Shown in pieces: positions 10,514-19,718 of a stretch of 45,543 nucleotides of DNA. This DNA comes from Methanobacterium sp. GTDB taxonomy: Archaea; Methanobacteriota; Methanobacteria; Methanobacteriales; Methanobacteriaceae. The DNA is taken from assembly GCA_003166335.1 (NCBI GenBank), contig PMWA01000057.1, forward strand, positions 11,280 through 56,822, given 5' to 3'. The first letter of the stretch is position 1; every line of letters starts with the position of its first letter. Both the position numbers and the translations under genes were made by a program. Under the pieces are notes generated by a model. The model saw only the letters and a list, made by a program, of their open reading frames with translations, was not told the DNA's origin and ran no database searches.

Positions 10514-11725
10514 ATGATTATTAAAAAGATTTTACCAGTATTGATAGCTATGCTTATGTTTTTAAGCATAGGTTCATCAGCGGCAGCTAATTCAACTACA
10601 GTTAATTCTACTAGTTTTAATACTAGTCAAATCAGTCAATCAGCAGGAGTTGTTAAATCCTACGTGGAGACTAATTATGGTTTACCCAACAAAGTTACTG
10701 TAGGTAATAACCAAGTAACTCAATCACAATACTTATACTTACTAACTACTGCTACTCAAAACGTAGCTAATGGTAACAAGAGTTCTATTACTCTTAGAAA
10801 TGTTTCAGCAGCGACGAATCCTCAAAGTGAAACTTTAACCAGTGGAAACATTAATGAAACACAGTATATCGCCATTGCAAAAAGTATAAACACATTTGTC
10901 ACTGCAAATGGCAGATTACCTAATTATATCTCAACACCTTTAGGAAAAATGAATTATCAATCAGCTATTTACATGTTTAGTAAAATCATGAATTGGTACA
11001 AAGAGTACAATCGACTGCCCACCACTGTTTCAGTAGAATCTTGGTATGCTCAAACGCTTGGTCCTTCAGGTCAACTAAACGGTACAGCAAAATTTAATGA
11101 AACATTACTGACTCCTAAATCAATTACTTATGGATATGTTCTTAAATTAGGTAATTTTGGTTCAGGTACAAATAAAGTAGCAATTATCGTAGGTATTGAT
11201 CCTCAAGAAGTACAAGCTCACATAGCAATGCTAAATGCTATAGAGGCTTTATCTAAATCTTTGAAAAACATTCAGATTACAGTTTTCGATATAGTGATTA
11301 ATAACGGCACAGACTATACCACAGGACGAACCGAAGGCCAATATCTAGCACAACATTATGTAGTACCCAACATTAACACTTCTTACAAGTTAGTTATAGA
11401 CGACCATGGAAATCGAGGACTTACCGGGTATCTTAATGCAGCGGGACAACCCATCAGTGAATTCCTTATGGCACCGGATCTTGATGCAACATCTTTAAAA
11501 ATAGCTAACGAAATAATTAGCTCTAAATATACAAACGGAAATTTAGTGTACCATAACATTCCTCCTGCTGACGCTACAAGTCCACCCGTTGTAACCATAC
11601 CTATAGCTGAGAAAGGGATACCAACATTAATTTTCGAGAATTACTTGGATCAAGCTAACTACGCCCAAGTATTATACGTACATGCCCTACAGTTGCTTGA
11701 AGCCGTAAACTCGGTATTAGCATAA
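10514..11725 (+). CDS. Secreted pseudomurein-binding-repeat protein with C-terminal M14-peptidase-like domain
   Basis: Signal peptide; repeats VKSYVETNYGLPNKV, INTFVTANGRLPNYI and YKEYNRLPTTV; C-terminal VGIDPQE, VIDDHGN and PTLIFENY. Confidence 0.75.
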   Translation: MIIKKILPVLIAMLMFLSIGSSAAANSTTVNSTSFNTSQISQSAGVVKSYVETNYGLPNKVTVGNNQVTQSQYLYLLTTATQNVANGNKSSITLRNVSAATNPQSETLTSGNINETQYIAIAKSINTFVTANGRLPNYISTPLGKMNYQSAIYMFSKIMNWYKEYNRLPTTVSVESWYAQTLGPSGQLNGTAKFNETLLTPKSITYGYVLKLGNFGSGTNKVAIIVGIDPQEVQAHIAMLNAIEALSKSLKNIQITVFDIVINNGTDYTTGRTEGQYLAQHYVVPNINTSYKLVIDDHGNRGLTGYLNAAGQPISEFLMAPDLDATSLKIANEIISSKYTNGNLVYHNIPPADATSPPVVTIPIAEKGIPTLIFENYLDQANYAQVLYVHALQLLEAVNSVLA

Positions 11726-11988
11726 AAAATAGATTTTAAAGATTAGTCAGCTTATTTTTTTTATTCTGACTCGTATACTTTTTTTATATTATAAAAATTA
11801 TTGTAAATTGATCTTTTGAAAAAAAGAAAGCTTTTTCGAAATATTAAAAAAATAAATATTCTTAACAAATCACATAAACTTTTTTTTTAACAAATTTTAA
11901 CGATTGGAGTAATTTATTTATATTGCTTGATTTTATAAAGATTAATATTTGTGATTCTAAATTAGCTATATTTTGGAGGATATTGAGA

Positions 11989-13215
11989 ATGTATAAGATT
12001 GGGGAAGCTTTAATTGGTGATGGTAATGAAATTGCTCATATTGATTTGGTGATAGGTGATAAGGATGGTCCTGTGGGTTCAGCTTTTGTGGAGAATATGA
12101 CTGGTCTCTCTATTGGACATACTCCTCTTTTAACTGTTATTAGACCTAACTTAATGACTAAACCAGCAACTTTAATTATACCTAAAGTTACTGTTGGTGG
12201 TTTAGTGGATGCTGATAAAATATTCGGACCTGCACAGACTGCTGTAGGTCGTGCTGTAGCTGATGCTGTGGCTGAAGGTCTTATTGATGAGAATGATGCT
12301 GAGGATATGGTAATTCTGGTCAGTGTATTTATACATCCTGATGCTAAGGATTATCGTAAGATTTATCAGTATAATTATGGTGCTACTAAATTAGCTATAA
12401 AAAGAGCATTGAATGGTTATCCTTCTATGAAGAAGATACTAGCTGAAAAGGATAGGGGTACTCATCCTATAATGGGTTTTAAGGTGGTTAAACTGTGGAA
12501 TCCACCATATTTGCAAGTTGCATTGGATCTGGATAATATAGATCAAATGGAACGTATAATTGACGACTTACCTAATCGAGAGAGAATACTCATAGAAGCA
12601 GGTACACCATTAGTTAAGAAGTTTGGTGTGAGTATTATAGGCAAGATTCGTGAACTGCGTAGAGATGCATTCATCATCGCTGATCTTAAAACATTAGATG
12701 TGGGAAGAATAGAAGTTAAGATAGCTGCAGATGAAACAGCGGATGCAGTTGCTATATCTGGGTTAGGTACTTTGGAGTCCATTCAGAAAGCTATTCATGA
12801 AGCGTCTAAGCAGGGAATTTACTCTATCTTAGATATGATGAATGTTGATAACTTTGTTGAGAAGCTGAAAAGTCTTAATTACAAGCCAGATATTGTATTA
12901 CTGCACCGTAATGTAGATTTAGAAACTTTTAAAACCGAAAAAGGCGAAAAACTTGGTGAAGTTACCGAATGGGGTAATATTAAGGAAATTAAAGAGATAA
13001 TGGGTAAAGGTAAATTAGTAGCTGTTGCTGGTGGTGTAACTCCAGATAAAATGGATCAAGCATTGGGAAGTGGAGCAGATATTATAGTTGTGGGACGTTA
13101 CATTATTGGTTCAAGAGATGTGAGACATGCTGCAGATGATTTCCTGAAATATATGCCACAGGATCCAGATACTATGAGATTAGCCTTGGAAGAGGATGAA
13201 CCCTTAGAACTTTAA
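11989..13215 (+). CDS. fae-hps: Bifunctional formaldehyde-activating enzyme / 3-hexulose-6-phosphate synthase
   Basis: [17 protein letters not shown] and FGPAQ (Fae), then [22 protein letters not shown] and VAGG (HPS); GGAGG RBS places the start at ATG 11989 rather than TTG 11923. Confidence 0.93.
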   Translation: MYKIGEALIGDGNEIAHIDLVIGDKDGPVGSAFVENMTGLSIGHTPLLTVIRPNLMTKPATLIIPKVTVGGLVDADKIFGPAQTAVGRAVADAVAEGLIDENDAEDMVILVSVFIHPDAKDYRKIYQYNYGATKLAIKRALNGYPSMKKILAEKDRGTHPIMGFKVVKLWNPPYLQVALDLDNIDQMERIIDDLPNRERILIEAGTPLVKKFGVSIIGKIRELRRDAFIIADLKTLDVGRIEVKIAADETADAVAISGLGTLESIQKAIHEASKQGIYSILDMMNVDNFVEKLKSLNYKPDIVLLHRNVDLETFKTEKGEKLGEVTEWGNIKEIKEIMGKGKLVAVAGGVTPDKMDQALGSGADIIVVGRYIIGSRDVRHAADDFLKYMPQDPDTMRLALEEDEPLEL

Positions 13216-13623
13216 TAGATAATTTAATTTGAATCAGAGTTATCAGTTAAAACTATTTTCATCTAATTTTTTATACTTTTTTAGGAAAATTTTATTATTT
13301 CTTAAATACTAATCTAAATATAATTCGATTGTTTTTTGTAAAAATGTGAGGATTTAAAAAGTGATACTGGATAATAATATAGTTATAACCTCACTTTAAG
13401 GCCATTTTGATATACTTTTGAATTAAATAGTATTATTCAAATAATTACTATCCCTCTTTAGAGAATATTTTTTTTGTAAACTGTACATCAACCACAGCAT
13501 AAGAATTTGGTAACTATCCAATAACTGATTTCTCGAAATTATTTAAAATATTTTAAATATCCATAGTGTTCCATTTGACATATGATTAGGAATGTACCTG
13601 ATTGACTTTGGATTTCATTAAAT

Positions 13624-13758
13624 TTAAGGAAGTTGTGGTTTTTTTTCAACTATATGTAAAGCTTCATGCTACAGTGCCTAGCTTTCGTATTGTTCCTGAT
13701 TAATAAATTTTTCCTTTGGTAAAGCTATTACAAAATCTAAATTATCGTTCATAGCCAT
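13624..13758 (-). pseudogene. Interrupted ORF remnant with an HExxH motif
   Basis: GGTGA RBS, then MAMNDNLDFVIALPKEKFINQEQYES*AL*HEALHIVEKKPQLP* with two in-frame TAG codons. Confidence 0.35.
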
Positions 13759-14059
13759 TATTTCACCAAATATTGGACATAAATCTAATATCCAAAAGGA
13801 ATGAATCCGTCAGTCTTAAAATAATCCGATACAACACATCAACCATTAGCATCAATATGATTATTATCTTATGAACATTTGAAGAAAAGAGTATAAAAGA
13901 AGCGATTACATGGAAGTTTTAGAATTATTTAAAGAAGGAAAAATATAACTTTATCATTCATTTTCATTCTCTTAATGATTATATTTTAATTAAACATGAA
14001 AATTTCCTCATTTCTAATAAATAATCTCGAAAATATCGTTATTAACGTATTATAAAAAA

Positions 14060-14227
14060 TTATTCATTATAATGTTTCTCCAGATATTCTGATACTGCTT
14101 CTCGAATGTAGTGACTGACTGGATTTCCACCCTTCTTATCTGCATATTCCCTTAAATTATTCAGGTCATCAACTTTTAACTTGATGGTTAACTGTTGCAT
14201 CTTTATATTTTCCTTAACTTTAACCAT
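14060..14227 (-). CDS. Ribbon-helix-helix (CopG-like) DNA-binding protein, 55 aa, below the ORF-track cutoff
   Basis: Hand translation MVKVKENIKMQQLTIKLKVDDLNNLREYADKKGGNPVSHYIREAVSEYLEKHYNE; alternating beta strand, helix, GGNP turn, SxxIRxAVxEYL helix; GGTGA RBS. Confidence 0.8.
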   Translation of the reverse strand: MVKVKENIKMQQLTIKLKVDDLNNLREYADKKGGNPVSHYIREAVSEYLEKHYNE

Positions 14228-14348
14228 TAAAATCACCACTAAGATTATTTTGGTATAGATATACTATAAGATTATCATACACTTATCGAATTATAGTTAT
14301 ATAATAGATACAAGTATATAATTTTTAAAGTTTAATATACATTAATTG

Positions 14349-14377
14349 AAGTTCGTTAACTCCTCTATAACGAAGTT
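14349..14377. repeat. Imperfect inverted repeat AAGTTCGTTA-N9-TAACGAAGTT
   Basis: Arms match at 9 of 10 positions; lies between the RHH gene and the integrase remnant. Confidence 0.6.
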
Positions 14378-14397
14378 TTATTTTTATAATATATAAT

Positions 14398-14580
14398 TTA
14401 TTTTAATTTTTCTTTCTCCATTTTACGATATACTTGATCTGTAAATTGGCAGTATATCCCAAGCCTAATTCGATAGGTTTTTTGGGTAGAAGTACCTATA
14501 TCTCGATATATGAAAAAATCTTTTAAGTATTGGTCATCAAAGATATGTTTATGAAAATTTTGCAGAGTTGTGGAGTTCAT
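14398..14580 (-). pseudogene. N-terminal remnant of a tyrosine recombinase/integrase
   Basis: DDQYLKDFF...STQKTYRIRLGIYCQFT resembles the N-terminal core-binding helices of integrases; no catalytic domain follows. Confidence 0.55.
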
Positions 14581-14634
14581 AATAATATGTTCAATTTTAT
14601 ATCATTAAAAAGATAATATGGAGTTATTAATATC

Positions 14635-15240
14635 ATGATACTGGGTATATGTGGGAGTCCAAGAAAACAGGCCACTGATTACGTGTTAAGAGAAGCTTTA
14701 ACTATGTTAGAAGAGCGGAACTTTGAAACTGAATTTTATAGTTTACGTGGCAAAGAAATCGGTCCTTGTAAAAATTGTGATTACTGCATTCGTGAAGGTG
14801 AGTGCATAATGAAAGATGATATGTATGATATTTACCCTTTAATACGAGATGCTAAGGGCTTAATAATGGCCACTCCTGTTTATAATGGTGGTTTAAGCGC
14901 TCAACTTAAGGCAGTTATGGATCGCTGCAGAGCACTGGGGGCTGTGGACTTCGATTTTATGCGTTATAAAGTAGGTATGGCTATAGCCGTAGGTGGAGAC
15001 CGAATTGGTGGGCAGGAACTGGCGATTCAGCAGATAATGACGTTTTATATACTCACCGGGGCTATTCCGGTGAGTGGTGGGGCCTTTGGAGCGAATTTAG
15101 GAGCTAACTTCTGGTCTAAGGATACTTTAGACGGAGTTAAAGAGGATAAAGAAGGATTTAGAAGTTTAAGAAAGACTGTGAAAAGATTTGCCTCATTTTT
15201 AGAGAATTTTGAACTAAAAATGGAAAATAATGTTGAGTAA
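14635..15240 (+). CDS. Iron-sulfur flavoprotein (Isf / flavodoxin-like FMN reductase family)
   Basis: GICGSPRK, compact CKNCDYCIREGEC (CX2CX2CX5C), ATPVYNG and GGQE motifs. Confidence 0.88.
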   Translation: MILGICGSPRKQATDYVLREALTMLEERNFETEFYSLRGKEIGPCKNCDYCIREGECIMKDDMYDIYPLIRDAKGLIMATPVYNGGLSAQLKAVMDRCRALGAVDFDFMRYKVGMAIAVGGDRIGGQELAIQQIMTFYILTGAIPVSGGAFGANLGANFWSKDTLDGVKEDKEGFRSLRKTVKRFASFLENFELKMENNVE

Positions 15241-15337
15241 CATAATATATGACTTAAATATCATAAAAATGCAGAAATCATTGGAATTTGAATATTTAAG
15301 CTTTGTTAAATCAATTTTATATTGGAGTGTCTAATTT

Positions 15338-16033
15338 ATGAGTGGTTCAATTGAAAACCCCGAGTATCAGCTGAAAATTGGGAAGAAGTCAATAATGTTG
15401 GACTACAAAAAGTTCTTGCTTTTGAAGGGTATTAAAGAGTATGGATCCATCGCTAAAGCAACTAAAAAAACCGGTCTTCCTTATAGAACTGCTCTTAAAT
15501 ATATTGAGATACTTGAAAATCAGCTTGATACTAAGGTTGTGGTTACTCAACGGGGTGGTGCTGGTGGTGGAGGTGGAAGTCAACTTACTAGCATTGGTAA
15601 AATGGTTATAAAGGAATATTCAAAGTTTAAAAGTATTATGAAGAAGCATTTGGATGTGAATGAATTAGAAGGTTATGTAGAAGATATTGATAAGAAGAAT
15701 CGGGTTATGAATATCCGAATAAATAATATTAGGGTGATGCTTCCCATAATTGAAAATTTAAAAGTTGATGATGATGTTTTACTGTTAATTAGTCCTGATC
15801 AAATATTTATTATGTTAGAACTCCAGGAGTCAAGTGTTAGAAATATATTTGAAGGACAGATTATAGAGATGAAATTTAAAAATGAGATGGTAAGGCTTAC
15901 TGTGACTTTAGATGATGGAATTAATATGCAAGCAGATATTACTGAGTATTCTAGAGATAAACTTAATTTAAATCTTGGTAAAAATGTTTTTATAGGATTT
16001 AAAGCAGTTTCTATACCTGTAATAAAGCTTTGA
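15338..16033 (+). CDS. ModE-like molybdate-responsive regulator (wHTH plus TOBE domains)
   Basis: GSIAKAT...YRTALKYIEILE...RGGAGGGGSQLT wHTH; SVRNIFEGQI and GKNVFIGFKA TOBE motifs. Confidence 0.85.
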   Translation: MSGSIENPEYQLKIGKKSIMLDYKKFLLLKGIKEYGSIAKATKKTGLPYRTALKYIEILENQLDTKVVVTQRGGAGGGGGSQLTSIGKMVIKEYSKFKSIMKKHLDVNELEGYVEDIDKKNRVMNIRINNIRVMLPIIENLKVDDDVLLLISPDQIFIMLELQESSVRNIFEGQIIEMKFKNEMVRLTVTLDDGINMQADITEYSRDKLNLNLGKNVFIGFKAVSIPVIKL

Positions 16034-16035
16034 AT

Positions 16036-16155
16036 CTTATAACTTTTAATTTATAAGTTAGATGTTATAAGTAATAAGTAGTATGTTATAAGTTAAATGT
16101 TAAAAGTTATGAATTATAAGTTATAAGTAGTATGTTATAAGTTATGAGTAATTAG
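16036..16155 (+). repeat. Phased heptad array, consensus TTATAAG: 15 direct units (16051-16155) preceded by 2 inverted units (16036-16049)
   Basis: ttataag|ttagatg|ttataag|taataag|tagtatg|ttataag|ttaaatg|ttaaaag|ttatgaa|ttataag|ttataag|tagtatg|ttataag|ttatgag|taattag. Confidence 0.92.
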
Positions 16156-16216
16156 GTTTAAATAAGAGCTTTAATAATCATCAGGCATTAAATTATAAAA
16201 AATTATAGAATAATAA

Positions 16217-16237
16217 CTAAAAGTTATAAGTTATAAG
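16217..16237 (+). repeat. Three further heptads (ctaaaag|ttataag|ttataag) abutting the ferredoxin RBS
   Basis: Read directly; the last unit runs into GGAG. Confidence 0.75.
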
Positions 16238-16252
16238 GAGTAAATTTTTTTA

Positions 16253-16456
16253 ATGAGAATTGAAGTTGATAAAGAAAAATGTACTGGCTGTGGAATATGC
16301 AGAGAAGCCTGCCCTAAAGGACCTAAAATATGGAAAATCAATGACAAAGCAGAAGCCACAGACTTAAGATACTGCCATTTATGTACTATATGTGCCTCAA
16401 AATGTCCCCAAGGTGCTATAAAAGTTATAAGAGATGATAAAGATGAATCGGAATAA
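16253..16456 (+). CDS. 2[4Fe-4S] ferredoxin
   Basis: [12 protein letters not shown] and [12 protein letters not shown]. Confidence 0.92.
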   Translation: MRIEVDKEKCTGCGICREACPKGPKIWKINDKAEATDLRYCHLCTICASKCPQGAIKVIRDDKDESE

Positions 16457-17021
16457 ACAGTTGCAAAGGAAAACGAATGAAACAGATATCAAAATCTTAT
16501 TAAACATTGATGGAAAAGGTCAATCCCAAATAGATACTGGAATTGAATTTTTTGATCATATGTTAGAATCATTCGCCAAACATGGATTTTTTGATTTAGA
16601 AATTGCAGCTCAAGGAGACACCAGTGTAGATGATCATCATACTGTAGAAGATGTGGGTATACTTTTAGGAGAAGCATTTAAAGAAGCTTTAGGGGATAAA
16701 AGAGGAATAAAAAGAATGGCACACTCCATAGTTCCTATGGATGATGCTTTAGCAACTGTAGCTATAGATATAGGTGGTAGGAGTTACACTGTATTGAATT
16801 TAATGTTTAAAAAAGCCAAGGTTGGAGATCTTAGCACAGAAAATATGGAACACTTCTTTGAATCATTTGCTTCCTCGGGAAAAATAAATATAAATGCTAA
16901 AGTGGAAGGTGAAAACGACCATCACAAAATAGAAGCCCTATTTAAAGCCTTTGCCACAGCCTTAAAAGATGCATCCCGAATAGAACATGATACAATACCT
17001 AGCACCAAGGGTATGATATGA
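16443..17021 (+). CDS. hisB: Imidazoleglycerol-phosphate dehydratase
   Basis: [22 protein letters not shown] and [12 protein letters not shown] motifs; start (16443 or 16434) overlaps the ferredoxin stop. Confidence 0.96.
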   Translation: MNRNKQLQRKTNETDIKILLNIDGKGQSQIDTGIEFFDHMLESFAKHGFFDLEIAAQGDTSVDDHHTVEDVGILLGEAFKEALGDKRGIKRMAHSIVPMDDALATVAIDIGGRSYTVLNLMFKKAKVGDLSTENMEHFFESFASSGKININAKVEGENDHHKIEALFKAFATALKDASRIEHDTIPSTKGMI

Positions 17022-17169
17022 AGATTCTAAAAATTTATTAAATGAATTTTTTTTAAGATTGAAAAGTGTATTCAACATTTAATGAACAAAAACTTAAGTC
17101 TCAAAAATAGATTAAGATTTATTCTCCATTATTCATATATAGTCTAAATAAAAAAAGAAATGCACACTG

Positions 17170-18369
17170 CTAAAAAGAAATTTCAAAAATTTTTCCAAAA
17201 TCTAATCCATTAATTTTTTTATGTTTATAATCCTTATGTATATTCTTTTTACCTTCAACTAATTCTTCAGATTTTATTCCATGTTTTATTGATAATGAAG
17301 CTTCAATGAAAGCTGAAAACTTATCGCAAGCCTTTATTATATTTCCATCTAGTGGGAAAAATTCTTCTTTATTATACTTTTCTTCAAGTATTGGAACTAT
17401 TTTAACTTCATTATCTACTATAATTTTATTTTCAAATTCATTTTCGGTGAAATACCGCATTTCATCATGCCATGGCTTTGGAAGTAATGGTAACAATTTT
17501 TCTTTCATTTTCTGGTATTCATATTCCTTTATTACCTCATCTAAGTTAGGGACTTTTTTTACAGGAGAAATAATATCCTTAGTCAAAACTTCAGGAAGAT
17601 CATGGAATAAACCACAATAATAATTATTATAGAATCGTTTTTCACAAATTTTACCTTTCATTTCCATGGTGCATAAGTAAGAGGCAATGGCTACGATTAA
17701 CATATGCCCTAAAACAGAAGTTTCAGGTATTCTTGGTGAATGAGCCCATCGTTTCTGGAATCTAAGTTGTCCACATAGATCTACAAATCCAAAAGATTTC
17801 TTACCCAGTGAAATCTTCTGTACACCTATGAGATCATAATGGTCTTCAATCTGGTTTTCAATATTCTCCTTAGTCTCCTCAATACCATAAATAAATGGTG
17901 CAGTATGGTAAATTATTTTGAATTCCCAATTAGTAGCCAAATAATGAGCAGCTCTTAGAATTCTTCTTTCAATATTAGTTGGTGAATTTGAAAAATATTT
18001 CTTAAAATTACCTTTAAACTGTGGATTTAAACCACTGATATCATTTTTTAACTCGTTAAAAACATGTTGATCTAGTTTATTTCTTACATCCTTATCTTCT
18101 CTCATTTTATGAAAAACGGGAGCTTTAATGTCAGTTAAAATAACTCTTTGTAGAAATTCGAAGATTCCACCTTCGATAAGAGTTTTCCAATCTATGATTT
18201 CGCCACGATCCTCTTCTAGTTTAGCAAGCACGTATGCGATAACCATTTTGTGAGCCTGTTTATCAAGTTCGGTTAATTCAACGGGGCGTATGTGATCGTT
18301 CCATCTTTGCATACTGGCTGCTTTTGTAAATCTTTCTAACAATCTGGCTATGCTAGTTTCTTTCCCCAT
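17170..18369 (-). CDS. Tandem HD-domain (YfbR-like) phosphohydrolase
   Basis: MQRWND...ELDKQAHK, LRFQKRW...SVLGHML...GLFHDLPE and ACDKFSAFIEA; probable start ATG 18369 after GGGGT. Confidence 0.8.
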   Translation of the reverse strand: MGKETSIARLLERFTKAASMQRWNDHIRPVELTELDKQAHKMVIAYVLAKLEEDRGEIIDWKTLIEGGIFEFLQRVILTDIKAPVFHKMREDKDVRNKLDQHVFNELKNDISGLNPQFKGNFKKYFSNSPTNIERRILRAAHYLATNWEFKIIYHTAPFIYGIEETKENIENQIEDHYDLIGVQKISLGKKSFGFVDLCGQLRFQKRWAHSPRIPETSVLGHMLIVAIASYLCTMEMKGKICEKRFYNNYYCGLFHDLPEVLTKDIISPVKKVPNLDEVIKEYEYQKMKEKLLPLLPKPWHDEMRYFTENEFENKIIVDNEVKIVPILEEKYNKEEFFPLDGNIIKACDKFSAFIEASLSIKHGIKSEELVEGKKNIHKDYKHKKINGLDFGKIFEISF

Positions 18370-18568
18370 AATATTACCCCAAATATTGAAATGGATAATT
18401 GAAGGTTGGAATATGTAGATTATAAGTTTAAAAAGTTTCAAATCATTTATTCGACAATAAGAATTAATAGAATCTGAAGCTAATTTATCAATCAAAAATC
18501 GGTTATTAAATTGTAATAAATAAAAAAAATAAAAAATTAGCAGTCCAATGGGACCGCATTAACTATAT

Positions 18569-19396
18569 TTATTCAGGTTTTTTCATTAATTCAGTTTTCC
18601 ACAGTGTTTGACCTTTTGCACCGTGTGGTTTTCTCATTACTGAATCGTTGGCTTTTTCTATTTCACGAGCTTCTACTGCGAGTTTTGCAGCGGCGGAGAT
18701 CATTTCATGGGCAGAGGCCACGATTGGTATGTATTTTTCCATTTCTTTGGTCATGAAACAGCCTTTTAAATCGATGTCAGCTACTTTCTGCGCGATTTCA
18801 TATGCTGCCATTGCTTTGGCTTTAGCGTATGGATTTTTGAATGCAGCAGCAGTTACAGCTACATCGGTACTTATTACCACTTTAGGTAATTCAATAGATC
18901 CGGATTCTGCAGCAGCTATTACACCATCTAAAGTTTCTTGAACGACTCGGTAAGCGCCGGTTGCTGCCAGTACTTTTATAACATCGGAGTTGAAAGACGC
19001 CATTTCAGTGGGATCTAAGAATTCTCTTCGGGCTCCGATCATAGGGTCTCCTTGAACAATAATGTATCCTAAGCCTTGTTCATCCATTTCATCTTTTTTA
19101 CCCATTCCAGGAGCGTCTCCGAGTATTATGGCTGGAACATCCATTTTTGAGAGGAGTTCCCTTGCTTTGGCCGGTCCTGGTGCACCTGGGTTTGGACTGA
19201 TGAATACAACAAAATCAGGGTCGAAGTCCATTATTTTTGGAACTGCATCTTCGATCTGTTCTGGGCTCATTTTTGCACCGGAACTTACGCCTCTAACGTC
19301 TATGTTAGGTCTGTCTGCCCTCTCGTCAAGCACTAAGTCAACGACAGGAGAGGTACCTAAATTTCCGCATTTAATAACTCCTATTTTTACTACCAT
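18569..19396 (-). CDS. mtd: F420-dependent methylenetetrahydromethanopterin dehydrogenase
   Basis: KCGNLGTS, LDERADR, SGAKM, SPNPGAPGP and DPMIGARREFLDPTEMA. Confidence 0.97.
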   Translation of the reverse strand: MVVKIGVIKCGNLGTSPVVDLVLDERADRPNIDVRGVSSGAKMSPEQIEDAVPKIMDFDPDFVVFISPNPGAPGPAKARELLSKMDVPAIILGDAPGMGKKDEMDEQGLGYIIVQGDPMIGARREFLDPTEMASFNSDVIKVLAATGAYRVVQETLDGVIAAAESGSIELPKVVISTDVAVTAAAFKNPYAKAKAMAAYEIAQKVADIDLKGCFMTKEMEKYIPIVASAHEMISAAAKLAVEAREIEKANDSVMRKPHGAKGQTLWKTELMKKPE

Positions 19397-19718
19397 TGTA
19401 TCACCAGAATTGCTATTTTTATAATCTAATAAGTATTTTTTGATTTAATTTTTAAAACAAGTTTTATATAGAAGATTTTAATTTTAGGAAAACCCTGTAG
19501 TTATGTAGCTGGATATAAGTATCTTATCTTAACTTTTGATTTAATTTTAAAACAAAGTTATGTGGATCGTTTTCATAAATATGAATTTGTTATGAAATGA
19601 ATACTAATTTTTAATACAGACATCAATTTCAAGTGTAAAAATAGGATTTTAGGGCTATGAAACCTTATTTCTTAGTAAATTTGGATATGGACAAAAAATT
19701 TGTATTTTAAGATTATTT

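Noticed and set aside
11745..11771. AGTCAG/CTGACT hairpin as an ncRNA
   Set aside because: Only a 6-bp stem beside T tracts after a stop codon; at most part of a terminator
13485..13852. Imperfect direct repeat ACATCAACCA(C/TT)AGCAT at 13485 and 13836
   Set aside because: Only 10 bp are exact, it occurs twice, and it does not clearly bound any feature
16051..16155. Heptad array as a CRISPR array or simple microsatellite
   Set aside because: No spacers, the unit is only 7 bp and no cas genes are present; units are heterogeneous yet in phase and recur at the parA locus
17170..18495. HD protein as Cas3'' or another CRISPR component, and the long TTG-start N-terminus
   Set aside because: No helicase, cas genes or array; the RBS and the start of homology-like sequence favour ATG 18369
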